64,000 bases of DNA, taken from positions 21,514,001 through 21,578,000 of the forward strand of contig NW_026262734.1 in the NCBI RefSeq assembly GCF_021869535.1. The letters run 5' to 3'. The stretch's first letter is position 1, and each line of letters begins with the position of its first letter. Under the pieces are notes generated by a model. That model had not been told where the DNA came from. It was given only the letters and a program-made list of their open reading frames with translations, and searched no databases. Source of the DNA: Mytilus californianus (taxonomy: Eukaryota). The translations under genes and the position numbers were made by a program. Below, piece by piece: positions 1-13,539 of the stretch.

Positions 1-19
1 TTATTGCTAATTTCATTCT

Positions 20-300
20 GCTGTTAAAAAGGTGATAAAGTACTAATCTATCACTGTGCTTTTGTCAATTGGAGTGCTTCTATCAATATACATTAGGGCA
101 CGTAGTCCATTAAGTCTTTCGCTTGACATGGTTAAGGTAACTAGGATGGTACATAAAATTTTCATAATGCAAAAATGTTAAGATAAAAGCCCTCGCAAAA
201 ACTTGCAGTGTCTCAATCTCATTGCCAGGGAGCTCAGTGACTGGTGAACTCTATCTCGCAAGGCAACAGAATCAATGAAAGGGATGTTGTCTTGTACATT
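20..300 (-). mobile_element. Decayed hAT-family transposase C-terminal (dimerisation domain) fragment
   Basis: The minus strand reads ...IMKILCTILVT-TMSSERLNGLRALMYIDRSTPIDKSTVID*, preceded across frameshifts by FYLNIF. This resembles the hAT C-terminal pattern (KILxTxPVT...STMxxERLNGLALxxIHR...ID..VID). Frameshifts, a stop and an internal deletion are present. Recognised from memory, no search run. Confidence 0.55.
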
Positions 301-3300
301 TCTGAAAAATAACGTAGATCAGTGGACATTTCAGAAGTCTTAAAGTACTTGTTGTGTAAGTAAAAACCATGTGACACGAGTTGACTGTGTTTTGAACATC
401 TGGAAGTAAAATTGAATTGAATCAAGCATAGACACTTAAGCGTTTATTGTTTTAATTCCCAATCGTTCGTTGTCTTTGTTTTTTGGGTTTCAGAGGACAT
501 TTTGAAAAGATGACCGCTTGGAGGTTCACAAAATGAACTTTAATATTACCGTTAACTCAAAAAAATAGCTTCATACTAAAAGACGAAATTCGCACTATAA
601 ATTCGTAGCAAAAATGTATTTGTATACCTGTTATTTTAACAAAAGTTGGCTGATTGCAGGATAAAAAAGATTTCGCATCTAAGTCATTGTTTTAGACCAC
701 GTGATTTTTGACAATGTATGATTCTTTGAATTCTTAGCTGACCGATCAAATTTGTAACGTTTAAAAAAAACTATGGTTGCAGCTAATCAAGGTAAAGCTG
801 GAACCTAGCCAAGACAAATCTGACAACTACACAATGTTAAGTTGAAAGCTAAAACTACCAAATGTAAAAATAAAAACTACACAAGGTAAAGCCGAAAACT
901 ACACAAGGCATAAAAGAATTTAAGTGAGAAAGCTAACCCTCCGTTTAGTTATATATGTCATAGGTACCGTTAATGTCATCACAACCACTGTCGATACCTC
1001 TGGTGGTGGACTGTTAGTCCCCGAGGGTATCACTAACCCAGTAGCGAGTACTTCAGTACTGACATGAAAATACGGATATTGTTTTATTCAAGTTTCCGTT
1101 ATAAATTTGGAAACCATTTTAGATTAAAGAATTAGTTCCCATCACGCATAGCTCTGATTCCTTGGTTGGGTTTTGCTACCCTTTCTGGTCCTATTTGGTT
1201 TTATTACCTCTTTAACATTTGTATTAGTTTCAGATCTTCTAATAATTTGGCCTCGCGCATTACTCAAGAGACTTGAATTGTCAAAATGCGCATCTGGTGC
1301 AGTTAAAATGGGAAACCATTAATAGTATCATAACGTATATCCCTTATAAGCTGAACAAACTTTTAGATCTGAACGTTCCTAAAATAGATAAATCCATACA
1401 ATCCAATCGAAAATATCAATTTAGTCGACTTTTATATTTATTATTAACACAATCTTACGTAACACAACGGTGATGTAACTATAACATAAAGGTATATATG
1501 AATGTGTGTACCCAGCCCATATCGTCGTACTCAAGGAGTGTAACCATTCGATGTAACAACTCATGAAGTCTTTTTAATACTTTGATTGCCTGTTTACAAT
1601 GTTTTCATGTATTAAGATGACTGTAAATCGTGTGTTTTCTATCACAGGTTTCTGGCATTCAACGGAGTGGTTCAGTATAGTTAGCAACGACGCTTAATGA
1701 AATAATCAAATCCCAGGCGAAAATAAAGTAATATCGCATGTACAGTTTATTACCTTATTTATAAAAAATAAAAGCATATCGTTACTCCCGTGAGATCGTA
1801 GTTACATAATGTAAACCCAATCGCTCCTCATAGAGGGCGGAACGTGATGATATGATGATACATATTATACCATATATATTATCGCCCATCTTATGACGAC
1901 GTGAATCAAAAAATATTATTTGTGAAATCGTTTATCATAGTGTATGATTTACAGATCTTGCTTCATCACTAAATATGACAATGTGAATAAAAGGAGATAT
2001 GAAATCATTAAATGGCAGTATTAATCATTTCTAGGGTGTATTCTCTTTAAAAAAAAAGATTTAATCCTTTTATATACTGTTATGCGTTACTGCCTATACC
2101 GAATTGTCACTACTTTGTAATTGTTTCAACGATAACGTCAAATATTGTCTAAAAAAAAATCAGATTTTAAAGATTTTATCAACGAAACATTTTCAACAAA
2201 CTTTTCGTTTTCCAACGTTAAGTGATTTATAAGTTTGTTTAAACCTTGGCATAAAATTTGTCACGGTATTCTCCAGACCTGATTGACGAATTTTCTTCTT
2301 TCTATTTTTGATTTTCCTTTCCTTGGTGTTGATGTTTTTTGGCGCCTTTTGAATTTTAACTTTTCAATTGGTTTGATATGTACGAGTTGGCAGTGAAGTC
2401 GTTGACTTCAATGAAATTAACTTACTACTTAAATTCTTACACAATAATCCCTTTTTATAGAATTGGTTATGAAACGGTGAAATTTTTTAACTCCATTGTA
2501 TTGAAAATAGAGAGATGTATTGTAGAAGTATGAGTTCACTTACAGGAATTGAAGAAATATTGAAATACCACTCACATGCTTTTATATTATATCCTTCATA
2601 ACGCATTGTGTTCATTGTCCTTCAAATATTTCTTTTTTCTGAACAGAATCTTGACATTTTGTACATCAATCTACCATTGACATTACATAATATCAAGTGT
2701 TTTTGTATTGTATTTTCTTTTTATATTGCTTCAGAAAAATTATTTGGAAGTACAATGACCAATAATAGAATGTTAAGAGGAATTGGATAATGGGATTGCT
2801 TTCATTAACTGTGAAGAAAATTCAATTTTAAAGTAAAACTTATCTTTTCGACTGAAAAAGGTTTCTAAGTGCATTCGTATTGTTATTATATGTTTAGAAA
2901 TAAGCAATACCATTGTTAGATCTGGTGCAGTAAATTTGGTATGTAGTTAACGTTATAAGAACATCAAAGTACACGCATAAAGCATGATACTGTGACCTAA
3001 AGTAAAGTTTGAAAGACGTTTTAAAAGAAATAAATACTAGGGAAATTGGTCATACATCTCTTTTCAGAACTTGTATAGAAACGGGGAGATTTAAAGCTTG
3101 ACAAAAATGTACTGTTTACAAGACAGGACTCAAAAATCATAAATCGGTGAAGGACAAACAACTCGAAAGAAAGAAAGAAATAAAAACAATAGTTTAAAAA
3201 TAAAGTGATTCAGCACGAACTCGCCAAAAAGCCGGGATATCGAACTAACGTACCCCCCTTAGGTAATTAGTCCTGTTTCACTAATGACAACGGTTGTATT

Positions 3301-3599
3301 GATCCTGACAAATTACAACCCATCTATTGACATTCAATGTTTGTTACGAAAAATTTAATTCGTAGTTATTTGTCAGACAGATATTCAGCAATATATGATC
3401 CTTTGCCATCACTCTGCGTTCTTCGTCCTTCCTAGTCCGCCCATAAACAATCCCAGCTTTTTTGAGTCCATTCCAAGTGAATTAAATTAATTCGTCAACA
3501 AACATGGCTGTCTTGGTTTATTCTAGTTGCTGATTGGCTGGACTTAAATCAATAGAACCAATCTCGTCAGATATGTTCATTTGAAATTCTATTAGAGTA

Positions 3600-3756
3600 T
3601 ACAGTAATTTTTGGGGCCCTTTATAGCTTACTGTTCGGTGTGAGCCAAGGCTCCGTGTTGAAGACCGTACTTTAACCTATAATGGTTTACTTTCATAAAT
3701 TTTGACTTAGACGGAGAGTTGTCTCATTGGCACTCATACCACATCTTCTTATATCT
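3600..3756 (-). repeat. Interspersed repeat family A copy (unclassified)
   Basis: Reverse complement of 36618-36770 (agatgtggtatgagtgccaatgagacaactctcc...ggtcttcaacacggagccttggctcacaccgaacagtaagctataaag.gcccc). Related fragments at about 7760-8420, 19110, 41730, 45270, 50010-50800, 54300, 55660, 56330 and 59850. Confidence 0.85.
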
Positions 3757-3850
3757 AAAAAGTATATCCAAATCAGGGATAACTCAAAAACAAGAATGAT
3801 AGCAACACAATACATAGACACCAATAGTGCAACATAGAGTGTTAAGCAAT

Positions 3851-3922
3851 AGGCAGGTGTTCATATAGTATGTCAGGCAGGTGTTCATATAGTATGTCAG
3901 GCAGGTGTTCATATAGTATGTC
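3851..3922. repeat. 24-bp tandem repeat x3
   Basis: aggcaggtgttcatatagtatgtc repeated three times exactly. Confidence 0.95.
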
Positions 3923-5595
3923 AAACTCCTCATCGTTCCGAGGTTACGACAAAAAAAAAAAAGAAAATTTATAGATTATTTAGCTGTATCATTTTTTAAC
4001 ATTATACATATTAATTTTCCTATACACTAATGTCTTCTGGTATTAGTTTTCTATGTAGTTGCCGTTTTAAATTTTAGGTTTTTCTTTCAAAATACTGAAT
4101 GAATATAAATCCAAAAATAATGATCTTTCCGGTTGATAGAATTGAAACAGTCAATTTTCGGCACGATAACCGTGATAACTGTGTCAGTATCACATGGCGT
4201 TAGTGTCAATATCAGATAGTGTCAGTATCAGATGGCGTTAGCCCAATTCTGAGTATCTTTATTATGGTTGATTCAAAAGGAAATATTTCAATAATATGGG
4301 AGGGGTCTTTCACAAATTTGATCTTTTTTAATGCATGGTAAAGCATGATAAATACAGATATTTAATTACATACTTTTGCATTACATAAATGTTTCATAAG
4401 AATCCGTAATTTTGATTGGAAAACATCAAATGCTCGGCATTCCAAAATAATATTTTGAGTCCCATTGAAACTCGGCACGTGCTCCGCATGACAACAATGC
4501 AAATAGAAACAAACAGAAAGCTTGATATTTAACTCTTTAGTTCATAGTTATAGAATAAAAATGTAATTATAACTATTGAATGCTTCTTTTTATGGTTTAT
4601 AGGGTTGTAAAAGCGTTAGTCATGCGCACATTTTACAGTTCTCGCTATACTCTTTATCACCCAAATAAAATTACAGATAGAAGTATTCAATTCTTAATTA
4701 ATGACATTAAACACTTTTATTTCTTTGTGTTTCAACGTGTTCAATGTGACCTCTGTCTCTTATTTAATAACAGCTCCACACACCTATTTCATTGATAGAC
4801 AATAAAGGACATAATTCCACATAAACATATACAGAGAAACTATAACAGTCGAAACAATTATCAGATTGTCTCGTGATTCAATCAAACCTAGAAGTTTGTA
4901 TTCATTGCAATAACATATATCTTATACACATTAAAATGAATTGAAAGCTTACACATCATTCTTTACAAAAAAATGTAGTTTTGTAGCAGATATGACCAAG
5001 ACGCATTAGTCTGTATTAAAAGTCACATTAACAATGGCAACCCGACTTAACAAATTAACCACAGGAGTCATAACTCTAAATGAAAATAAAGTTAGTGACG
5101 ATAATGTCAGGATAGCAGGTCACTTGTGTAACAAACAAAGAACGTGTTTTTTGCGTCTGCCGCTAACTGTACCCAAGTCTCGTCTGTCGCAAACCGGTCG
5201 ATTATCGTAATAGATAGTGACAATAATGGCGACAGACTTTCTTTTAGTATACAAATGGTATATAATACATTATATATGACTATGGTGATGAGCAGATAAA
5301 GCAAATGTCAAGATAATTTTATTTATAATATACTTTTATTGATTTCATTTGTAGGAAGGTAACAACTTGTTTTGTGAAAAGAGTTCAAAGTCATGTAGCG
5401 ATTAGCACAATTTAAACTTTGTACTGAAGCAAGACAACATAACAATGAAGCCGTGGGTCCTATCATCTAGAATAGCAGTGAAAAGAAATAAAGTATAATA
5501 ACATCTGATCAGGGTCTTTAAATTTGCTGATCAGAGTATATTATATGTGACGTTAATTTCGTCGATGAAAAGCATTCCACTGCGACATACGTAAG

Positions 5596-8500
5596 ATGGA
5601 GTCCGCACGCGCAGAGCAAAATGATCAGACGGTTGTAAATTTATTACCAGAACAGATTAATATCAACAATAATGAATATGATGAGGAGGAAAGCAATGAA
5701 AAATACGAAGAAGAGCAACCACCTGATGAAACAGAAAAATTGGTTAAAGAAAATGATCACGATGACATAATTGTGCACGCGATTTTAGCAGACGGTACGA
5801 TAACCGTCGATAGCAGTACGGTGAGGGATATATCAATGAAAAAGGATAATCCAAAGGTCGAAATAGAAGAAGAGGAACTTGAATCGAAAGAAAATCATGA
5901 TGAAAACAAGAAAAAGAAATGTTGCTGTTGTGCATGTTTATGTTGTCATAAAAAACGTAACAGAAACCGTACAAACATGTCAGAAAAAATGAAGAGTACA
6001 CAAAACCGTGCAACGTCGTCAAGTTACCAAAGCAGTCGTTGTAACCGGTGTTGTTACTGTTGTAAACGATTTCTAGCATTTCTCTTCTCTCGTATTGGAC
6101 TGTGTTCATTGGTAGTGGCTTACGCAGTCATGGGAGGATTTATCTTCAAAGAAATCGAGGCACCCGAAGAGCAAATAATTCGTCATCAGGTGGAAAGTCA
6201 ACGACAATCAAAAATAGCTAAATTATGGAATATAACACAAGTACATAATATATTCAGTAGAGAAAATTGGACCATTGACGCAGAACGCCTTTTGTTAGAA
6301 TTCCAGACAGAAATTTACATGGCAACAAAGGAGAAAGGGTGGGATGGTAAAAAAGAAAAAGGGGAGTTACAATGGACTTTCTCTAGCTCTCTGTTATACT
6401 CTATTACTGTTATAACTACTATAGGTGAGTAAAAGTAGTATCAATAATATAAACACGAGACAGTGCGAGCAAATAGAGTTATCTATATATCAATTTCGTC
6501 GCGTAAAATTGGAATAGTTCCATTCTTCAAAGCCCTAATGATATACGCTATGTTCGTTTTTCTTTTTCTTTTGCTTTTTTTTTCTTTTTTTCATTTTGTT
6601 TTTGGTTATTTTTAGCAAAACCTTCAGTCATTATAAAATACTCAACGGAAAACACTTTCTAAAGTAATTCATGGAACATCACATAAGGACTGTATTTCTA
6701 ATGGTGTTTGAAAAGGTACGTGTTTCTTAATTGCCCCCACCCCCTATGCCTCATGCTATGTGGTTCGATGATTATTTCCCGCTCCAATTATAATACTTTA
6801 AAGAGGTTAAAGTAAACCGGGAAAAAAAAACAATTCCTGATAAAATAAATTTATGGAACAAAATAATTGGTTAATAAATTATTCATACAAAGTTCAAAAT
6901 TCAAAGTACAATGAGCGGTCGATTATCCCTAAGTTTCTGATAAATATTCACTTTTGTACCGGAGAGTGGGCAATATACACGAATTGTCAATCTGGTGATT
7001 TTTGTTTCATGAGGTGTTTTGCCAAAGACAAAAACATTCGGTTAAGGGTTGACAAACCTGAACGCCTACCAAAAACTGTTTCAAAATATATCTTTCATTT
7101 GAATTTAGAGCACATGTTTAATCTGTTCTAATCTGTTTTTATATCCACATGTTTATTATATATCTATTTTGGAATGTGTTTTGACGTTCCCTACAATCAA
7201 AATGACAGAATCAAATAATATCAAATCTTCCTCTGACGTTTAAAAGTATCTGATTTTGTTTAGGGACATAATAGAGATATTACACCTTATATTTAAAGGA
7301 AGAAATAGGGTCGGTAAACTTCAGTACTTTTTTGATGAAACTTGCTTTTCATTCATTTAAACCAACGAAATTAGATTTTATATCAAAGAATGATATAATA
7401 ATAATACTAATTGCTGCAACCCTAGATTTTGGTTCAATCTAGCTGCGGAACCTTAATGGTACTTATTATGTTTTCTGATTTGTGCCGATCATAGCCTATG
7501 GTCCGCAAATTGACAAATAATATCATTAGGACCTCAGAGTAACGGTCCCGCAGCTAGGTTCAATCTTATCATTTTAATGATTACTATTACTATGTATTGT
7601 TTCAGTAGCCTGACTTACTTAATTGTCAAGGTTGGAGTTCTACACAATAATGCATTTCTTTATAATTCTGTGTTAGTCATATATATGTGTGCTCTTCAAA
7701 AGGAAATATTAGTATAAACATAATGAGACGAAGATTGATTTATAATGATACAACTATCCACAAGAGACCAAAGGACCAGGATGTAAAAAAATTACCGTAG
7801 GTCAATGAGCAATGAGCGAAACCTATACCGTATAGTATGTTATAAAAAACCCTTGCATGATAAAATGTGAAGCAATTCAAAGGAGAAAATAAACGTCCTG
7901 AATATGCTAAAAACAATATGACAGACAGCAACAAATGACAGCAAAAAAGAGGCGAAGGATAGATACCATAGGGACATTCAAACTCATAAGTCGAAAATAA
8001 ATTGACAACGCCATGGCTAAAAAAGAAAAAGACGAACAGACAAACAATAGCAAGTGAATTATAGGCTCCTGACTTGGAGATAGGCACATAAAGAATTTGG
8101 TGGGTAAACATAGTTTGTGAGCATTCAACACTCTTTTAACCTGGACAATGGTGTTACAGCGCAACATAAGAACAAACTGTAAAAATCAGTTGGATAGAAG
8201 TTAACTCATCAGATCGATACGAAGCTCAACAACCATAGCCATAAAAACATAAAAAGACAACGTACCGATCTTAGAATACTTGCAGTTACTGCAGTAACTG
8301 AAAGCTAGTTTAAAGCCAATTTCAACTATTGAATAAATCATGTTTTCTCAGACTAAAATATCAATCGGTACAATCCAACGGAATTGTGAAGACGTCATAA
8401 ACAGTTTGAGTCAAAGTATGGCAATGTGCGATGCCAAAATATAAGGATCTGTAGGATGTGGAGCCGTAAGTGTTCACACCTCAATAGCGAATAAATTTAG

Positions 8501-9669
8501 TTACGTTTAATTTATTGAAAACAAAACCAATATTTGACCATGAATTAAGAATATATTGAAAGATCTTACAACAGTGTTTAATTGATTTCTAACCTTTAAG
8601 AATAAGGTTATTCAAAGGATCAATACGTTTTCATTGATCGGATCTAAATCAACGAGCTTTATAAACAACATCTCGTAAAATAAATAGGATGCGATAGCTC
8701 ATTTGAAATAAGGTTTATACAGGTACATTCAAATTGTAAGTTCAGACAAACTCAAGTAATTAGACAGGCGTTATTATGAGTAAGTCAACGAGTTAATAAA
8801 GTTGTTTTGCACGATGATCATTTGATGAAATAGCATGAAAAGATGTAGAATAAAATAACGCTTTGTATTGATTTTCAATGGTTGACAGCATCGACTGTTC
8901 AGTAATAAATAAAAATTATTTTATGAGTCTATCCAAGTTTAATTTCAAGTTAACATTTATCCAAGTATGACAAGTGTAATGTTTAAATTTGAAATACAAA
9001 TGGTTGATTAACCTTTTAATTAATTACCTCAATTTTACAGGTTATGGTAACACAGCTCCAAAAACCAATTTAGGCCGTCTCATCACCATAGTTTATGCTA
9101 TTTTTGGAATTCCTCTTACGTTATTGTGTCTAGCAAATCTTGGAAGCTCGATGGGCAACTGCTTTCGGTTTTTATACAAACACTTTTGTAAAATAGTTAT
9201 ATGTTTATGCTGTCCACAACAAGCCCAGTGGTATGCGAAACGACGATCAAAGAATCTCTCCAACATTCCAGAACTTGACATCAACAACCTTAACAAAAAC
9301 GATAATAAGGTCAAAGGTTACCATGCTGGAAAGGAAGAACGAGTTCGTGTTCCGATCTTTGTTAGTTTGTTATTGATAGGATCTTACATTTTAGCAGGGG
9401 CAGTGATTTTTGCTACTTGGGAAGACGATTGGGATTTATTAATCGGATCCTATTTCTGTTTCATAACATTGTCTACAATAGGATTTGGTGATTTTGTACC
9501 GGGATCAAACAGCGGATCTTTTGATAATCAGGAAAAGATGATCATATGTAGTGTATATCTTATATTTGGATTGTCTATGATTGCCATGTGTTTTAATTTA
9601 ATGCAAGAAGAAGTTCGGGCAAAGTTTCGATGGTTAGGAGAAAAGATCGGTATTATTGAAAGTGATTAA
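5596..9669 (+). CDS. Two-pore-domain (K2P/TWiK-family) potassium channel, 2 exons, about 485 aa
   Basis: Exon 1 is 5596-6424 (ends ata g|gtgagt). Exon 2 is 9041-9669 (ttttacag|gt tat ggt). Splicing rebuilds pore 1 (VITTIGYG); pore 2 (ITLSTIGFGDFVPG) lies in exon 2. Four hydrophobic TM segments and an extracellular cap region are present. 1458 nt, in frame. The subfamily cannot be assigned without a phylogeny. Confidence 0.95.
7760..8420 (+). repeat. Long copy of interspersed repeat family A in the K2P intron
   Basis: Shares blocks with 50310-50800 (aggctcctgacttgg..., gtttgtgagc.ttcaac, tacttgcagttactgaaagctagtt.aaagccaat). Confidence 0.75.
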
Positions 9670-10949
9670 CACATGATCACGCGATCAATATTACTGAAAA
9701 ACTTACAAATGACGCTCTATTCCAGAATTCATAGGAAGTTTGCGTACTAGAATTAACCGACTGAGGCACGTTAAAACCTATCAGATGAGGGGATGTACGA
9801 TAAAAGATCATCAATCTTTCATTGTATTCTGACTTAATATAATTACCAAACAGCATGGACAATAAAAATTGCAATGATTTTATACCGCTCAGTATCATAA
9901 TAGTAGATGGTGGCATGCGAAAACTTAAAATCATATTCCAGCACTTGCACTTTTAAGTTCCGTTTCAAGTTTGTACTCGATCAATGTCAAATTACAATAT
10001 TCAAAACTTGAATAATGGTTTATTTTTGAAAAAGGATATCGATGTGTGTGAAAACCACAAAACTATCATGCGGTCAATGCGAATAAATGTCACTGTAAAT
10101 AATGAGTCATAATTATTACTCTAAAACAATGTAAGAGTCTTTGTGAATTTATATTTAAATACATGATTTCAGTTGTACATTTGTTTACCAAGAGATGAAC
10201 TTTTGTGAATTACATAGTGTGGAAGTCCTGCCACACATATAATACTGTAGGATTGGCTTAAATTGAAGTAGCTTAAAATATGGAACGATAAGTGAATGAA
10301 AGCAAGGACATATTGCAACCATTGTGATAAAATTCGCAAATCAGAATCAAGTAATAAAACTTGCCAATATTTGATGAAAATAATCGTTTAGGGACAAATG
10401 GAAATAAATTTAAAATTTTGAATTTAAATTAAGTTGAAGCTACTTAATTGGTCAGAACTACATGCATTGTGTTGAATTTCGCTTCGGGTTTTTGACAGAC
10501 TAAACCCTGCGTTTTATATATTATATATGATCATCAACTATCATGGTCAAAAAGACTGTAAAAGTATGCCCTAAAACGGAAAAGCCAAAATGTGGAAAGC
10601 TCACTACGTGACTATCAAAAGTGTATTTAATGTGTAATGAACCGTCATAAGCTGCTAGGACGAACAGTTCACCGTCATAAGCTGCAAGGTTCAATAGTTC
10701 ACCGTCATAATCAGAATGTTTATATACGGTATGTTACACAGTGAGACATTATAACTGTGTATATATATTCAAATAAGTATAATAATTGGAAAACACTCTT
10801 CAGCGTGTCTTTGAAGTGAAACATCATAACTGGAAAGCCTAATTCAGTATGTTGTAAAAGTGAAACTTCCTAATTGAAAAGGCTGTATGCACTATGTTTT
10901 AAAGTGGAACATTATAGCTGGAAAGAGTTTATATGATAATGTGTACAGA

Positions 10950-11290
10950 GAATCATCCAAATCGGATAGGCTCATCATCGGACCATCGTTATCGGATATG
11001 CTCATCGTCGGACCATCCAAATCGGATATACTCATCATCGGACCATTCTAAACGAATATGCTCATCATCTCACCATCCCAATCGGATATACTCTTCATCG
11101 GGCCATCTTAATCGGATAGACTCATCATCGGGCCATACTAATCGGCTATACTTATCACCAGGCCATCTTAATCGGATAGAATCATCATCGGAACATCCCA
11201 ATAGGATAAATTCGTCTTAGGACTATCTTAATCGGATAGTCTCATCATCGGACTATCCCAATCATATAGCTTTATCATCAGATAGGCTTA
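10950..11290. repeat. Degenerate 30-bp minisatellite, about 11 copies
   Basis: Consensus about ccatcyaatcggatatrctcatcatcgga, with substitutions but constant period. It explains ORF 10933-11220 (HPNRIYSSSD repeats). Confidence 0.85.
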
Positions 11291-11774
11291 TGCAGCAAAA
11301 TATGAGAGGTTGTTCTTTTAGCGTTAAACATGATTATATACAAACAAAAACTTGGGATATGTTTTAGAAATATTTTTATCAATGTTACGACATATAGTCA
11401 TGCAAACAACTTATACGTTTATTTCCGAGTGTCCTTTTCGGTTCGGTATAAATACTCAGTACAATATTAAAACGTCTAAAATAAAACGCATCTATTAAAA
11501 TCTGTTAATAGTATATGCATACTTATTACACGTATTTATTTCTTTGCCTATAATTGTTTTCTTCCCTTTAGTGCCTGTGAGTATCAAACATTGAATGGGT
11601 TCCTTATAGCTATTCACTTGATGGAAACACTGTATGTTTTGTCTGAGTTCTTCCAATTGACTAAAGGTACTAAAAGTGTGGCTCTGATAGTAGAATTTAC
11701 AAAAGTCATTCTTGCAGAAAATTCAATTGCAGCAATGGAGTTGAAACTGAGATTTATAAGAATTACATACAAAG

Positions 11775-11945
11775 TAAAATAACAAAAATACCGAACTCCG
11801 AGGAAATTTCAAACAAAAAGTCCCTTATCAAATGACGAAATCAAAAGCTCATACACATCAAACGTATGGAAAACAACTGTCATATTCCTGACTTGGATCA
11901 GGCATTTCTTTATGTAGAAAATGGTGGGTTAAACCTGCTAGCTAA
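11775..11945 (+). repeat. Interspersed repeat family B copy
   Basis: aaaataacaaaaataccgaactccgaggaaatttcaaac...gtcatattcctgacttgg. Reverse-complement relatives at about 15650-15810 and 41880-42010. Confidence 0.75.
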
Positions 11946-13539
11946 ACCTAATTTTTATTGACAGAGAATTCTCGAGCTGTGTGATGGTAAGAAATTATGA
12001 AAGTACAAAATAATTGGCCTCGGTGCATATGAAACGCTTCTGAACAATTATAATTGTTCTCGTGCCGTGCGTTTCGTCTACATAAACCATCATTTCCAAA
12101 ACGTTCCTTTACCAATAACGGCCTCTATGTCGTCGATTAGGACAATATTTCATAATAGATTATTCAAATCTAAACACCTTCCTAGGTTTAGGATCAGTCT
12201 GTTCCAATCATCCCTTGCATCTATACCACACTTGCGAAAAAAATGTAAACTACTAGTGAATACACATTTCAATTTTGAAGATTCCAGGATCAAACTACTC
12301 GATTGCACATGTGCAAGTTCCTGCTGCATACATAATATGGCTGGCTACGTAATACATGTTCGCGCAATATTTATCTCTAGTTTTCTCTGAACTTTTTATT
12401 GACTGTTAGTCTTTTTCATCTTTTGTATTTTTTGCCATTCTTCGACACACGGTTTTGCTTACTCTTTTTATATCAAATCATACAACATATACAAGAATCT
12501 TAAACATCAATCAGAACACCTCATAGAATAGGGGAAAAGGCGATGTGTATACGCAGTTCTGGATGACTACAAACTTGTGCAATAATAATATCAATATCAA
12601 TTATGACATACTAGTAGTAGTTTATCAACAATTCAACCTTTCTGACATTTCAACCCTTTCTACACGAAAGAAAAATACCACAGGACTAACAATCCTCACT
12701 TTAGACACCTATCCGTAGACAAAACGAAGATTTATGGATTCAGGAACTGCGACATCGTATTTTGGTCATGATAAAATGTATGGTATAGATATTCAATCTA
12801 GTTCTTCTGAAGTTCTTTGAATGTGATGAATATTTGCAATTCTGTCCATCGGTGAAGACGCAGCCGTAGTCATTGTCATTGCACATCACCTACTCTAAGT
12901 AATGTCTCTCTGCAGGACCTTCTACCTTTTATACAATAGCTGTTTGGTAAGCACCACATCTATTAACTACTACTTTCAGAACTTTTTTCGGGGGTTCAAA
13001 TTATGTTTTGAAACCGCTGTCAAAAATGTCCATCCTAAGCAATACAAGAGTGGCGGAAGATACCAGAGGGATATTCAAACGCATAAATGTATTCACTAAA
13101 ATAACTCCAAGGTAAATTCAGGGGAAGTCCGTAAAACCTAATAAAACCACCCGTTAGACTATATCAAACAACGGAGACAAACTAACAACCTAAAGGTAAA
13201 AAAATAAAACGACGACAGGCGTATTAGGTTACAACAATTATGCTGGTTATTCAAACATGTAAAACTATGGGAGTTTAAACTCATTTGATTTTTTCCCGGT
13301 CAAGTGAGGCTGTTAAAAATACAGTGGTCCTTAAGTGTGCATCCTGGGCTACTTAGGCATTATATATCAAGAATTGCTTGAATAAAATATTTGTTTTCGT
13401 TAAAAAAATAACAAACAAACAAACAAACGACGATAAAACATACAGAAGTCTACAAAACACATCAAATATTGAGCAACACGAACCAAACTTACAGCTTACA
13501 ATTGCATGGATATTGACCATCACAGACTTTTCAGACCGA

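Noticed and set aside
8989-9040. ORF-track N-termini of 8989..9669 and 17029..18249 as gene starts
   Set aside because: Both are intronic read-through. Clear acceptors lie at 9040 and 18220, and the conserved sequence continues from upstream exons.
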